Assembly (NCBI GenBank): GCA_050012575.1 | Contig: JBEKGX010000020.1 | Span: forward strand, 2,831-66,830 | Reading direction: 5' to 3' | Length of the DNA: 64,000 nucleotides | From: Xanthobacteraceae bacterium | GTDB taxonomy: Bacteria; Pseudomonadota; Alphaproteobacteria; Rhizobiales; Xanthobacteraceae | Shown: positions 10,237 through 19,860 of the stretch, in pieces | How positions within the stretch are numbered: position 1 is the stretch's first letter | How the letters are laid out: every line of letters begins with the position of its first letter | The notes under the pieces: generated by a model | What the model was told of the DNA's origin: nothing | The model's database searches: none | What the model saw: only the letters and a program-made list of their open reading frames with translations | Position numbers and translations under genes: made by a program

Positions 10237-10911
10237 TCATTGAATTGGCAGGTTACGTGACGCTAAGATACCGGAGGAAATGAAGTTCCAGAAAGCCTCA
10301 CCGATTTGTGCCGGGGTTTCGGCGCCGCCAGCGCGATACCAGAGATAGGCCCAGCCAGTCATTCCATCCAGTGCCAGCATGAGCAGGTGCGTATTGACCG
10401 AACTCGAAATTTCCCCGGCATTTTTGGCGTCCTCGATGATCAGCCGCACGCCGGTTCGATAGGCTTCGGCGCGCTTTGCAATATCGGAGAAGTCGGCGCG
10501 GTTGATGAAGGGGCGTTCCTGCCAAATGATGGTGAATAAATCCTGGTGCCGCGCAATACTTTCCATTCGCGACACGACGAACGCTTTCAGCCGTTCTTTT
10601 GGCGGTTTATGCAGCGCCTGTGCGGACTGCAACTGGATAGTTAGCAATTCGCCGCACAGTCGTACGATATCCGCCAGCAGCGATTCCTTACTCGGACAGT
10701 GGTGATAAAGTCCGGCCTTCGAGAGCCCGACCGCATGCCCGATGTCCTGCATGCGGACATTGGCAAAACCACGCTTGCGGAAGAGTGAGGCCGCCGCATC
10801 GATAATGTCGCATTCGATTACCGACCGGCGTGCTAGATAATCCTCGACCGAAATCGAGCGCCGCGCGGCGCGCACTACACCGCGCGCTTTAATTTTCGGT
10901 CTGCTCGACAT
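10237..10911 (-). CDS. TetR family transcriptional regulator
   Basis: N-terminal HTH (FANVRMQDIGHAVGLSKAGLYHH). Divergent from the maoC-ligase-ABC operon. Confidence 0.9.
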   Translation of the reverse strand: MSSRPKIKARGVVRAARRSISVEDYLARRSVIECDIIDAAASLFRKRGFANVRMQDIGHAVGLSKAGLYHHCPSKESLLADIVRLCGELLTIQLQSAQALHKPPKERLKAFVVSRMESIARHQDLFTIIWQERPFINRADFSDIAKRAEAYRTGVRLIIEDAKNAGEISSSVNTHLLMLALDGMTGWAYLWYRAGGAETPAQIGEAFWNFISSGILASRNLPIQ

Positions 10912-11033
10912 TTTTGCCTATTGTAAAAATTATTGCACGCTTCGTCGACGGCGCCGCCGGAATTCACGGAAAGGCTGGGCAAAATACCGGCGCGGGTTTG
11001 CGCCATTGACACCCTGAAGCCTTTTAAAGACTA

Positions 11034-11057
11034 TACCGACCGGCCAGCCGGTCTGTA
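11034..11057. promoter_or_regulatory. palindromic operator-like site (10-4-10)
   Basis: TACCGACCGG-CCAG-CCGGTCTGTA lies 16 nt upstream of the GTG at 11074. A near-identical site is at 21397-21419. Confidence 0.6.
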
Positions 11058-11073
11058 AATAGAGGAAGCCGCA

Positions 11074-11601
11074 GTGCCTGGTCCCGCTGAAAGCGCCCCC
11101 GCTGAAAGCGCCGCGTCTAGTTCAGTGGCGGTGAACTATTATGAGGATTTCGAGCCGGGCCGGCGATTCAAGCATCATTGGGGGCGCACGATCACGGCCG
11201 ATGAAGCCGTCGCTTTCTCCACACAGCTTTTGCTGCACGAACCCCGCTCGTTCAATCGCATTTATGCCAAGCACCTCGGCTATCCCGATATCGTTGTAAG
11301 CTCGCAGCTCACTTTTGCCGTCGTGCTCGGCATGTCGGTGGAAGACCTATCGGAATCCGGCGGCCCATTCCTCGGCTCCGACGCGGTTCGTTTTCACCGC
11401 CCGGTATTGCCGGGTCATACTCTGTTTGCATCAACGGTCGTAGTGTCACGGCGACCGTCGAGCTCGCAACCGACCTACGGCGTCGTCGAATGGGAAACGA
11501 CTGGTCATAATCAGAATGGCGAAACCGTCATCACGTTTCGGCGGACCAGTTTGGTTCGACGCCGTGACGCCAGCGCAACGACAATCAGACGTGAGACGTA
11601 G
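11074..11601 (+). CDS. MaoC-like (R)-specific enoyl-CoA hydratase, hotdog fold, subunit 1
   Basis: 175 aa with MaoC dehydratase-type sequence. First of two adjacent hotdog ORFs. Confidence 0.8.
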   Translation: MPGPAESAPAESAASSSVAVNYYEDFEPGRRFKHHWGRTITADEAVAFSTQLLLHEPRSFNRIYAKHLGYPDIVVSSQLTFAVVLGMSVEDLSESGGPFLGSDAVRFHRPVLPGHTLFASTVVVSRRPSSSQPTYGVVEWETTGHNQNGETVITFRRTSLVRRRDASATTIRRET

Positions 11602-11628
11602 ACGGCGCAAACGCGAGGACAAGGGATC

Positions 11629-12177
11629 ATGAGCGTCACCGGCAACAAATCCTACTTCGAGGATTTTGCGATGGGGATGGAATTCATTCACCGTCGGGGC
11701 CGCACCGTTATGCAGGAGGAGAATGCGCGATGGAGTCTGCAGACGATGAACACGGCGCAGTCGCACTGGAATATCGAATCGATGAAGACGTATCTCGACG
11801 GTCGCTTCCAGAATCCAATCGTGAATGCCGCGATCGTCATCGCATTATCCGCTGGTCTCACCAGCGCCGACATTACCGCGAATATGTTCGCTGATGTCGG
11901 CCTGGATGCCATCCGCATCACTACTCCCGTCTTCGGCGGCGATACGCTGACGGCCAGGAGCGTGGTTCTGGAGCTCGCTGACGTTGCAAATCCCGGGCAT
12001 AGCGGCCGGATGAAGTATCGCATTGTGGCGCAAAACCAGACCGGCACCTCCGTACTTACGATGGAGCGAACGGTGCTGATCAAGCGTCGAAGCCATTGGA
12101 AGGCCCGCGACGACGCTTTCACGCGACAATATTGGCCGAATGCCGGTGCCGATGTCGCGCAAGGCCAGCAAACGTGA
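11629..12177 (+). CDS. MaoC-like hotdog-fold protein, subunit 2
   Basis: 182 aa, MaoC-like. Its stop overlaps the next gene's start (GTGA). Confidence 0.8.
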   Translation: MSVTGNKSYFEDFAMGMEFIHRRGRTVMQEENARWSLQTMNTAQSHWNIESMKTYLDGRFQNPIVNAAIVIALSAGLTSADITANMFADVGLDAIRITTPVFGGDTLTARSVVLELADVANPGHSGRMKYRIVAQNQTGTSVLTMERTVLIKRRSHWKARDDAFTRQYWPNAGADVAQGQQT

Positions 12178-14048
12178 ACGTCACCGGCCTTTCACTGGAG
12201 CAAGCGCGTCGCGAGTGCGAACGGCTGGCACGGTCGTCCGTGCCACAAATCTTTGCTGAACGCGTCGCAGAATCGCCAGATGACGTAGCGCTCCGCTACA
12301 AGGAACACGGCATATTCCGGGAACTGACTTGGACCGCTTATTGGGCGCGCACACAGACCGTCGCCACTGGCATGGTCGCACGTGGCCTCGTGCCCCCCGC
12401 GACAATTGCAATTATGGCCGACCCCTGCGTGGAATATTTGCTGGCGCATCTCGGCGCGGTCATCATTGGCGCCATACCCTACGGAATTTACCCAACGTCA
12501 TCGAACACCGAGGTTGCCTTGCTGCTCGAACAGGGCGGCGCGCGCATTGCGTTCGCGGGTGATCAGGAGCATCTGGACAAGCTGCTGGAAGCGGAACGCC
12601 TAGCCGGACAGCGATGTCTCGATCATATTGTGCTGATCGATGCACGCACTCGATTCCTTTACGACGATCCTCGCCTGATCTCTTTCGCCGAGTTCGAGGC
12701 GGTTGTGAAAAATACGGACGACAGTATGTCGGCCGTCCAAGGGTACATTCAAGCGGTGACGCCGGACACGCTGGTCGGCCTGATTTTCACATCTGGCACG
12801 ACCGGCGAGCCGAAAGGCGCTTTCTACACGCATTCCGGAATGATGGTTGGTCTCGGCTATGGCCTGCTTGAAGTCATGAGCGATCTTCGCCATCGCCCGC
12901 ATCGTGTGGTGACTCATTTGCCCCTAGCACACGGTATGGGGCAAGGGCTCAGTGTATTCGTGCCACTCTTCGCCGATGTTATTCAGCATTTGCCCGAACG
13001 CGGCCAGTCGCTGACATCGCTGATGAAGGACGTGCGGCCAACCCACGTCCTCGGCGTTCCACGCATTTGGCAGAAAATAGCCGCGGAACTCTCGGTCCAG
13101 ATCGAACATTCAGGCTTGATACGCCGTAAGCCGTTTGACTTGGCGCAACGCTATGGCCTTTGGCGCGCGCGTCGCCTATGCCGCCGGTCCAATCACCAGT
13201 CCGGGTTTCGCGCCGAGCCACTCTGGCGCATGATCAGGCGCCTGATGATTTGGCCAGCCTTATACAAGATCGGCCTTGGGGAGATGACCGGGTGTGCCTC
13301 CGGCGGAGCGCCTATTCCAACCACTGTGATTGAAAAGTGGCAGTCCTGGGGCCTGCCATTGCGGAATATTTACGGCAGCACGGAAGGCGGCATGTTGGGC
13401 AGTCCGACAAATATTTGGGCGCCTCCCGACGCTGCACTGGTGCAGCCATTCCCGCGCCGAATCCAAAGCGGATCGGACGGTGAAATTTTGGTCAGCGGCC
13501 CCGGTATCTTCGCTGGCTATTGGCGCGACGAGGCTGCTACCGCCGCGAGCTTCGATGAATGCGGGCGCGTTACAACCGGCGATATTGCAGAATTTTTTGC
13601 CGACAACAGCTATCGGATCATCGATCGGAAAAAGGATATTCTGATCACCAGCGGTGGTAAGAACGTCGCCCCCGCGGCAGTCGAAAGTGCGCTCAAGGCC
13701 AGTCCCTACATCAGCGAAGCGGTCATCTTTGGCGACGGCAAGAAATATCTTACCGCGCTGCTGGAGGTGAATTTCGACGCGCTCGCACAATGGGCGCGCT
13801 CGAACGACGTGCAATATACGGGCTTCAGCACGCTCATTGCACATCGAGATATCCATGCTCTGCTTGAAAAGGAAGTCGAGCGCGCCAACCGCGTACTCGC
13901 TCGTCCCGAGCAGGTCAAATATTTCCGAATTATGCCGAAGGAGCTTGATCCGGAGGAGGGCGATACCACGCCAACACGCAAGATCAAACGAAAGCATGCT
14001 TACGATATGTTCAAGTCGCTGGTGGACGAAATGTATGCTGTAGCGTGA
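12174..14048 (+). CDS. AMP-dependent acyl-CoA synthetase (long-chain fatty-acid-CoA ligase-like)
   Basis: AMP-binding motif IFTSGTTGEPKGA. In-frame GTG at 12174 overlaps the upstream stop; the ORF-track start at 12096 would overlap the previous gene by 80 nt. Confidence 0.85.
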   Translation: MNVTGLSLEQARRECERLARSSVPQIFAERVAESPDDVALRYKEHGIFRELTWTAYWARTQTVATGMVARGLVPPATIAIMADPCVEYLLAHLGAVIIGAIPYGIYPTSSNTEVALLLEQGGARIAFAGDQEHLDKLLEAERLAGQRCLDHIVLIDARTRFLYDDPRLISFAEFEAVVKNTDDSMSAVQGYIQAVTPDTLVGLIFTSGTTGEPKGAFYTHSGMMVGLGYGLLEVMSDLRHRPHRVVTHLPLAHGMGQGLSVFVPLFADVIQHLPERGQSLTSLMKDVRPTHVLGVPRIWQKIAAELSVQIEHSGLIRRKPFDLAQRYGLWRARRLCRRSNHQSGFRAEPLWRMIRRLMIWPALYKIGLGEMTGCASGGAPIPTTVIEKWQSWGLPLRNIYGSTEGGMLGSPTNIWAPPDAALVQPFPRRIQSGSDGEILVSGPGIFAGYWRDEAATAASFDECGRVTTGDIAEFFADNSYRIIDRKKDILITSGGKNVAPAAVESALKASPYISEAVIFGDGKKYLTALLEVNFDALAQWARSNDVQYTGFSTLIAHRDIHALLEKEVERANRVLARPEQVKYFRIMPKELDPEEGDTTPTRKIKRKHAYDMFKSLVDEMYAVA

Positions 14049-14105
14049 ATGACAAGACTTAAAGCTTCGAGTGCAAAATTGGCGACAACAACTGGGAGGG
14101 GACCA

Positions 14106-15326
14106 ATGTTTATAGTTACGAAAACTTGCCGGCTGCTGGCAGGCATCGCGCTGACGTTGTGCACGAGCTCGGGCGTCACGCTGGCGCAGAGCAATCAACC
14201 CTACATCATCGGTTATATCTCGGATTTCTCGGGTCCGTTTGTCGATACGTTTTCGCCGGTCTATGACGGCTTCCGTGCCCACATCGGGCGCGTCAATGCC
14301 GCCGGCGGCATCAACGGGCATCCGGTGCAGGTGGTGGTGCGGGACGATCAGCTCAACGCTACTCGCGCGGCATCCTTTGTGCGTGAGTTGGTGACGTCCG
14401 AACAGGTCAACAGCATCTGGTCGCTCAGCCTGTCGAGCACGCTGCCCGGTGTCTATGAGATAGCCAAGCGGTTAAGCGTCCCTGCCATTTCATCTGTCAG
14501 TGCAATCAAGAGCACGCTGCCGCCGGCGGCCGAATTTGCGTATTCGACAGGTAGCCCTTTCGAAATTGCAGGCGAGGTGTCGGCAAAATTCGCGGTCAAG
14601 TTTGCGCCGAACAAGGGCAAGTTAATGTGCGTAACGATCGACAGCGCCGGTGGTTTTGCGGCCTGCGGTCATACTGCCGCCGCGGCTGCGGCAAACGGCT
14701 TTACCAACGACTCGCTGCTGTTTCCGCCCGCCAAGGTCGAATATGGCGCAATCGGCCAGAAGATCGCAGACGCCGGACCGGCCATCGTCGTGACGCATCT
14801 TCCGGCGGGGCTGGCCCCGGGCGTGCTACTGGCCGCGCGCTCGGCCGGTTATAGTGGACCGATCCTTATGCACAACGTTGCATTCAACGAATCGACGCTG
14901 GTGAAGGCGATGGAAACGGCCGGAAATTTCGAAAATACTTATGTTTTTAGCCGTTACGCCCTCGCGCACGATCCACTGCCGCAGATTGCCGATATTCGCC
15001 GCGCCACCGAAGCGGTCAGTGTTAAGCCGGAGAACTTTTCTGGCAACCACATTGTGGGCTGGGTACACGCAATGGTCGCTGTCGAGGCGCTCAATAAGTG
15101 CGGTTACCCGTGCGACGGTGCAAAACTGAATGATACCTTGGGTAATTTGTCAGTGAATGTCGGACCGCTGACCGGGGGACCAATTGCCTTCAAAGGCGAT
15201 GATCATCAAGGGATATCTTGGTGGAAAGCCTACAAGTTTGAAGGTGGAAAGAAGCAGTTTGAGCCAATTGGTGACTGGGTCGAGGCACCGAGCACACTGA
15301 CTTACTCAGTCGACGCAAAAAAATAA
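14106..15326 (+). CDS. ABC transporter substrate-binding protein (Liv-type PBP1)
   Basis: ATG at 14106 follows GGGAGGGG. Has a signal peptide (MFIVTKTCRLLAGIALTLCTSSGVTLA). Confidence 0.85.
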   Translation: MFIVTKTCRLLAGIALTLCTSSGVTLAQSNQPYIIGYISDFSGPFVDTFSPVYDGFRAHIGRVNAAGGINGHPVQVVVRDDQLNATRAASFVRELVTSEQVNSIWSLSLSSTLPGVYEIAKRLSVPAISSVSAIKSTLPPAAEFAYSTGSPFEIAGEVSAKFAVKFAPNKGKLMCVTIDSAGGFAACGHTAAAAAANGFTNDSLLFPPAKVEYGAIGQKIADAGPAIVVTHLPAGLAPGVLLAARSAGYSGPILMHNVAFNESTLVKAMETAGNFENTYVFSRYALAHDPLPQIADIRRATEAVSVKPENFSGNHIVGWVHAMVAVEALNKCGYPCDGAKLNDTLGNLSVNVGPLTGGPIAFKGDDHQGISWWKAYKFEGGKKQFEPIGDWVEAPSTLTYSVDAKK

Positions 15327-15438
15327 AATACATCAACTCGGCGAGCCAACCATGTGCCGGTCCGCACCAAATGCGGATCGGCGCTGCATCGCTGCGCGGG
15401 CAGCAAGCGTACGGTGGTTGCGCCGAAACGAGGACTGC

Positions 15439-16296
15439 ATGCAGCAATTAACGACAATTCTGGGTGTGTCAGGTATTTACGCACTCCTCGCGAGCGGCAT
15501 TGTGCTCGTCTACAAGACAAGCCGGGTCGTCAGCTTGATGCAAGGGCATCTTGCCATTCTTTGCGCCTTCTTGATCGCCGCGCTGATCTCCGGCGGCTAT
15601 CACTGGAGCATCGTTTTGCTGCTGACATTCGTCAGCTGCTGCGCCTTGGCGGCGATCATCTATTTCATGGTCATGCGGCGGATCGTTGGCGAGCCGCCAT
15701 TCGTCGGATTGATGGCGACGATCGGGATTGCGATACTGCTGCGCGGAGTAATGGTGATGGCGTTCGGCGGCGCGGCGGTCACCACACATCCGCTTATGGG
15801 CGGCACCATCGCATTGCTCGGGCAGCAGGTGCCGGCAACGCAGCTTTTCGTTGCACTGGCGGCATGGGCGTTGGTTGGCGCCATCGTGGCGATTGGTAGT
15901 TTTACCAATATCGGTTTGTTTATGCGTGCTACAACCGAGAACGTCGTGCTGGCCGCGCAGCGCGGCATCAGCATCGACAAGGTCGTATGCTTTGCCTGGA
16001 TTATTGCGGTATGCGCCGCAGGCGCCGGTGGCTATTTACACAGCCAGCGCGCGCTTGTTTCGACCGCCGCAATCTTGATCGGCGTCAACGCGCTGATCGC
16101 TGCATTGATCGGGGGCATGGACAGCTACCGTGGCGCCATCCTCGGATCAATCATCGTCGCCACTTCCGAACATCTGGCTTTGCTGCATTTCGAGGCCCGC
16201 TACGCCGATCTAGCGCCGGTGTTTCTGATGCTGGTGATATTGACAGTGCGGCCCTGGGGCCTATTTGGCACGCCCGAGGAGGTAGAGCGGGTGTGA
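15439..16296 (+). CDS. branched-chain-amino-acid-type ABC permease (LivH-like)
   Basis: Multi-TM protein starting MQQLTTILGVSGIYALLASGIVLVY. Confidence 0.85.
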   Translation: MQQLTTILGVSGIYALLASGIVLVYKTSRVVSLMQGHLAILCAFLIAALISGGYHWSIVLLLTFVSCCALAAIIYFMVMRRIVGEPPFVGLMATIGIAILLRGVMVMAFGGAAVTTHPLMGGTIALLGQQVPATQLFVALAAWALVGAIVAIGSFTNIGLFMRATTENVVLAAQRGISIDKVVCFAWIIAVCAAGAGGYLHSQRALVSTAAILIGVNALIAALIGGMDSYRGAILGSIIVATSEHLALLHFEARYADLAPVFLMLVILTVRPWGLFGTPEEVERV

Positions 16297-17366
16297 GCAA
16301 AAACGTACTACGCCGGCCGCCAACGCTCGAAGTAAGTCAGCGCGAGCGGCTACGGCTGCTGCGCGGGCAAGAATGGGGCTGGCTGTTCGCCGGCGCTGCC
16401 GTTCTTCTAGTCTGGCCCTTCCTGGTCAATTCGTTCTGGTTGCATCTGACTAATCTGGCGCTGGTCGCGGTCGTGGGCGCGGTCGGATTGAATCTGCTTT
16501 CGGGCAACGCGCGTCTCGTTTCGCTTGGACAGGCGGCGTTTTTAGCGGTCGGCGGCTTCACCGCAGGTATCGTCGGCGGACAGTTGAGCCTGCCGTTGTG
16601 GGTCAGTCTCGCGGCCTCGCTGGTCACTGGGGCGATTACCGGCCTCTTGGTCGGTATTCCGTCATTGCGGCTCAAAGCCATCTACGTTGCGATCACGACG
16701 CTTGCACTGCATTATGGCGTGACCACAGTGGTTTCGATCTACCAGGCTGAGACGGTCAAGGCGGCAGGCATCATCATGCCGGTTCCGGCGCTGTTCTCCG
16801 TCAAATTTGCAGAGCCACGCCCCTGGTTCTATTTGCTGGTCCTGATCGCAGCAGTGGCGGTTCTGGTCGCGCTCAATTTGCAGCGCAGCTATATCGGGCG
16901 ACGCTGGATCGCGGTGGCGGATCACGAGATTGCCGCGCGCTCCGCCGGTATCAATGTGTCAGCCGCTAAGCTCTCGGCCTTCGTCATTTCTTCAGCGATT
17001 GTCTCGCTGGCGGGCGCGCTCGGCGCCTACTACGAGGGTGTGCTGACCGCAGAAACATACGATATTCAACTGGCTATAGCGTATCTGGCTATGATTATCG
17101 TTGGCGGCATTGGCAGCGTTCTCGGTTCGATTTTAGGCGCCGTTCTACTGACATTTCTTCCTTATCTCGTTGATTCTTTTATGAAGGGCCTCGGCGTTAC
17201 GCTTTCCGGTGGCTCGGTGAATGGTCTTCATTCGATCATCTACGGAGCGCTAATCCTTCTTTTCTTGTTATTTGAGCCGCTTGGGCTGGCGGCAATTTGG
17301 TACCGCATCCGCAATACCGCGATGCTGTGGCCGCTGAAATATACGCCGTTGGAAACGAAACGCTGA
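16293..17366 (+). CDS. branched-chain-amino-acid-type ABC permease (LivM-like)
   Basis: GTG at 16293 overlaps the upstream stop (GTGTGA). Multi-TM protein. Confidence 0.8.
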   Translation: MSKNVLRRPPTLEVSQRERLRLLRGQEWGWLFAGAAVLLVWPFLVNSFWLHLTNLALVAVVGAVGLNLLSGNARLVSLGQAAFLAVGGFTAGIVGGQLSLPLWVSLAASLVTGAITGLLVGIPSLRLKAIYVAITTLALHYGVTTVVSIYQAETVKAAGIIMPVPALFSVKFAEPRPWFYLLVLIAAVAVLVALNLQRSYIGRRWIAVADHEIAARSAGINVSAAKLSAFVISSAIVSLAGALGAYYEGVLTAETYDIQLAIAYLAMIIVGGIGSVLGSILGAVLLTFLPYLVDSFMKGLGVTLSGGSVNGLHSIIYGALILLFLLFEPLGLAAIWYRIRNTAMLWPLKYTPLETKR

Positions 17367-18184
17367 TGAATGAAACGCTGCTGGAGCTCAATCAGGTGGA
17401 AGTTGTCTACGACCACGCGGTGCGGGCGGTGCAGGGCATTTCCATACGCGTGCTCGATGGTTCGACGGTTGGGCTGATCGGTCTCAACGGCGCCGGCAAG
17501 ACCACGAGCCTGCGCGCCATTTCGGGCTTCCTTCCATCCGAGAACGCGACCATCACGCAGGGGGCAATCCGCTTTTCGGGTCAGGACATTGCCGGTTGGC
17601 GCCCCGACCAAACTGCTAGTCTTGGTATTGTGATTGTTCCCGAACATGACAAGGTGTTTAAGACGCTTTCGGTCCATGAAAACATTGAAATCGGCTGGCG
17701 CACTCGCTCACCGTCAGGCACGGGCTACTCGATCACTCTGTCGAACGTATACGACGCATTCCCAACCCTGGCAGCGCACCAGCATCGCGACGCGATCTGG
17801 CTTTCCGGCGGCGAGCGGCAGATGCTGGCGATCGCCACCAGCCTGATAAAGCGTCCCAAATTATTGCTCGTCGACGAAATGTCACTCGGCCTCTCGCCCT
17901 GGGCAATGGCGGACGTGATCGCGAAGCTGAAAGCACTCAAAGCTGAGCTCGGCTTTTCGCTGCTGATCGTCGATCAAAATGCGCGGGCGGTGCTCGAAAT
18001 GGCGGACTATGGCTACATCATCGAAAACGGCATGATCGTACGCGACGGCGAGGCGCAAGACCTGCTTGCGAACAGCGAGGTGCAGGAATTTTATCTTGGC
18101 CTCCGACAGGCAAGCGGCGAAAGCACACATCCCAGCTATCGGGACGTGAAGCAATATCGTCGCTCGCGGCGGTGGTGGGGATGA
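17366..18184 (+). CDS. ABC transporter ATP-binding protein (LivF-like)
   Basis: Walker A GLNGAGKTT. ATG at 17366 overlaps the upstream stop by 1 nt. Confidence 0.85.
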   Translation: MNETLLELNQVEVVYDHAVRAVQGISIRVLDGSTVGLIGLNGAGKTTSLRAISGFLPSENATITQGAIRFSGQDIAGWRPDQTASLGIVIVPEHDKVFKTLSVHENIEIGWRTRSPSGTGYSITLSNVYDAFPTLAAHQHRDAIWLSGGERQMLAIATSLIKRPKLLLVDEMSLGLSPWAMADVIAKLKALKAELGFSLLIVDQNARAVLEMADYGYIIENGMIVRDGEAQDLLANSEVQEFYLGLRQASGESTHPSYRDVKQYRRSRRWWG

Positions 18185-18975
18185 GCGAAGGCCAGAAGCA
18201 GGAATTACGCCTAGACGTGCGTGCCGTATCGCTGAGCTTCGGCGTAATTCAAGTTCTGCGGGAGGCGAGCCTACAGGTGCCGGTTTTTGGTATTACCGCG
18301 CTGATCGGTCCCAATGGTTCGGGGAAAACCGCGTTATTGAACTCGGTGGCAGGCGTCTGTCATCCACAATCCGGCGAGATCCTGCTCGATGGCGAGGATA
18401 TCATGGGGCAGCCGCCGGAGGTGATCGCCAAACGCAAGATTGGCCGCAGCTTCCAGCATCTCGAACTGTTTCAGCGAATGACCGTGACCGAGAACCTCCT
18501 TGTTTTTCGCGATCAGTATTTTTCGTGTCATCCACTTTCGCAGATACTGTTTCTCGGACGCGCTTCGCGCCAGGAGGCGGCCGAACGCGAGGCGGTCGAG
18601 GCAGTCATCGACTTCTTTGAGTTGTGGCAATACCGCGATATGCCGGTAAAATCGCTCTCCTACGGTACGCAGAAGTTGATTGGCTTAGCGCGCGCGATGG
18701 CGATGAATCCAAAACTTTTGTTGCTCGACGAACCGGCGAGCGGCTTGACGCGGGAAGAAAAGGAAACCCTCGCGCGCTTCTTGCTGAGGCTGCGCTCAGA
18801 CTGGAAAGTGTCGATCCTGTGGATCGAGCACGACATGGATCTTATCATGGACTTGGCGGACTCTATTCATGTGCTGGAGTTTGGCCGTTGTATCGCCACC
18901 GGCACCGCCAAAAATATTCGCGCTAATGCTGATGTGCGCAAGTCCTATCTGCGAACGCAAAGGTCACCGCAATAA
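18181..18975 (+). CDS. ABC transporter ATP-binding protein (LivG-like)
   Basis: Walker A GPNGSGKTA. ATGA overlap with the upstream stop. Confidence 0.85.
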   Translation: MSEGQKQELRLDVRAVSLSFGVIQVLREASLQVPVFGITALIGPNGSGKTALLNSVAGVCHPQSGEILLDGEDIMGQPPEVIAKRKIGRSFQHLELFQRMTVTENLLVFRDQYFSCHPLSQILFLGRASRQEAAEREAVEAVIDFFELWQYRDMPVKSLSYGTQKLIGLARAMAMNPKLLLLDEPASGLTREEKETLARFLLRLRSDWKVSILWIEHDMDLIMDLADSIHVLEFGRCIATGTAKNIRANADVRKSYLRTQRSPQ

Positions 18976-19770
18976 TCAAGCGCAAGATTCGCCACCATCG
19001 ACTTCTAAGACTGTCCCGGTAACAAACGATGCCAGCCCGGAGACCGCGAAGAGGACGACGCGCGCGACCTCATCGGCAGTTGCGATCCGACGCAACGGCA
19101 ATCGGCGAGCGAACTTGTCGAAACCTTCCGCGTGGCCCATTGCGCGCAATTGCGATACCCACGGCGTCTCGGTCAGCGTTGGCGCGATGGCAATAACCCG
19201 AATTTTGGCCGGTCCCAGTTCGACCGCTAGGCTCTTTGTCAGCCCGACAAGTCCGTGTTTCGATACGTTATAGTGCATGGGGTTACCGCTGGCGCGGTTC
19301 ACGGCAGATGACACAATATTCACGATGACGCCCGCGGTTGCGCTCGCGGTCATGCGCCGCGCCGCCAACGTGGCGCACATAAACGCAGCCTTCAAATTGA
19401 GATCGAGCACACTGTCCCAGTCGGCCTCGGTAGTCTTGAGCGCGTCCACGCGCGGTGAAATTCCGGCATTATTGACCCAGATATCGAGGCCACCGAGGGC
19501 CGACACGGCCGCCTGAAATCCTGTTTCCAACGCAGCGCGGTCGGTCAGATCGACGGCGAGGCCATGCGCGGTGATTCCAGCCTTGCGTATTTGCTCGACG
19601 GCAGCCTGCAATCCCGCCTCGTTGCGATCTATCAGTGCAAGTCCAGCGCCAGCTTCGCCCAGCCGATGCGCTATCGCAAGGCCGATGCCTTGCGCGGCAC
19701 CGGTAATGACGGCGCGCTTGCCCGAAAGATCGACGAGGCTAGTAATTGGCTCATGTTGTTCAGGCTGCAT
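18976..19770 (-). CDS. short-chain dehydrogenase/reductase (SDR)
   Basis: TGAAQGIGLAIA cofactor motif and YNVSKHG catalytic Y-x3-K. Confidence 0.9.
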   Translation of the reverse strand: MQPEQHEPITSLVDLSGKRAVITGAAQGIGLAIAHRLGEAGAGLALIDRNEAGLQAAVEQIRKAGITAHGLAVDLTDRAALETGFQAAVSALGGLDIWVNNAGISPRVDALKTTEADWDSVLDLNLKAAFMCATLAARRMTASATAGVIVNIVSSAVNRASGNPMHYNVSKHGLVGLTKSLAVELGPAKIRVIAIAPTLTETPWVSQLRAMGHAEGFDKFARRLPLRRIATADEVARVVLFAVSGLASFVTGTVLEVDGGESCA

Positions 19771-19860
19771 CAGCTGCCGTGGCTATTCCAGCTGCAACCC
19801 AAGACGCGCTCTGCGCATGCAGCCAGCCAGTATATTTATACATAGTGATCGGCTCGGGCA

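Noticed and set aside
9790-10237. Minus-strand reading frames with protein-like text (..RRLVAARCRDIDTSTVRRILR.., ..SPLIAEIRPHFVGSFEG.., ..VIFAFLEDTPSARSFRELLLRPQETAVRRAYFGFLADEP..)
   Set aside because: There is no start codon giving 60 aa or more, at least one frameshift is needed, and the frames cross the tRNA-derived 14-mer. At best this is a gene relic, so it is discussed under the repeat family rather than called as a CDS.
12096-12173. Longer start for the acyl-CoA ligase (ORF-track start 12096), and similar long starts at 14049, 15352, 15987, 17297, 26957, 29048, 44376, 50827 and 60086
   Set aside because: The extensions overlap the preceding gene or give unnatural N-termini. Internal starts that abut or overlap the upstream stop codon, or follow an SD, fit operon coupling better.
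13260-14321. ORF 13260-14321 (-, 353 aa) and many similar long shadow ORFs (e.g. 35436-36305, 44769-46193, 46521-47570, 51664-52656, 53341-54315, 54468-55583, 56913-57962, 58450-59184, 60599-61474, 62696-63424)
   Set aside because: All lie opposite genes with clear family motifs. Their composition is typical of out-of-frame translation of GC-rich DNA, and they have no motifs.
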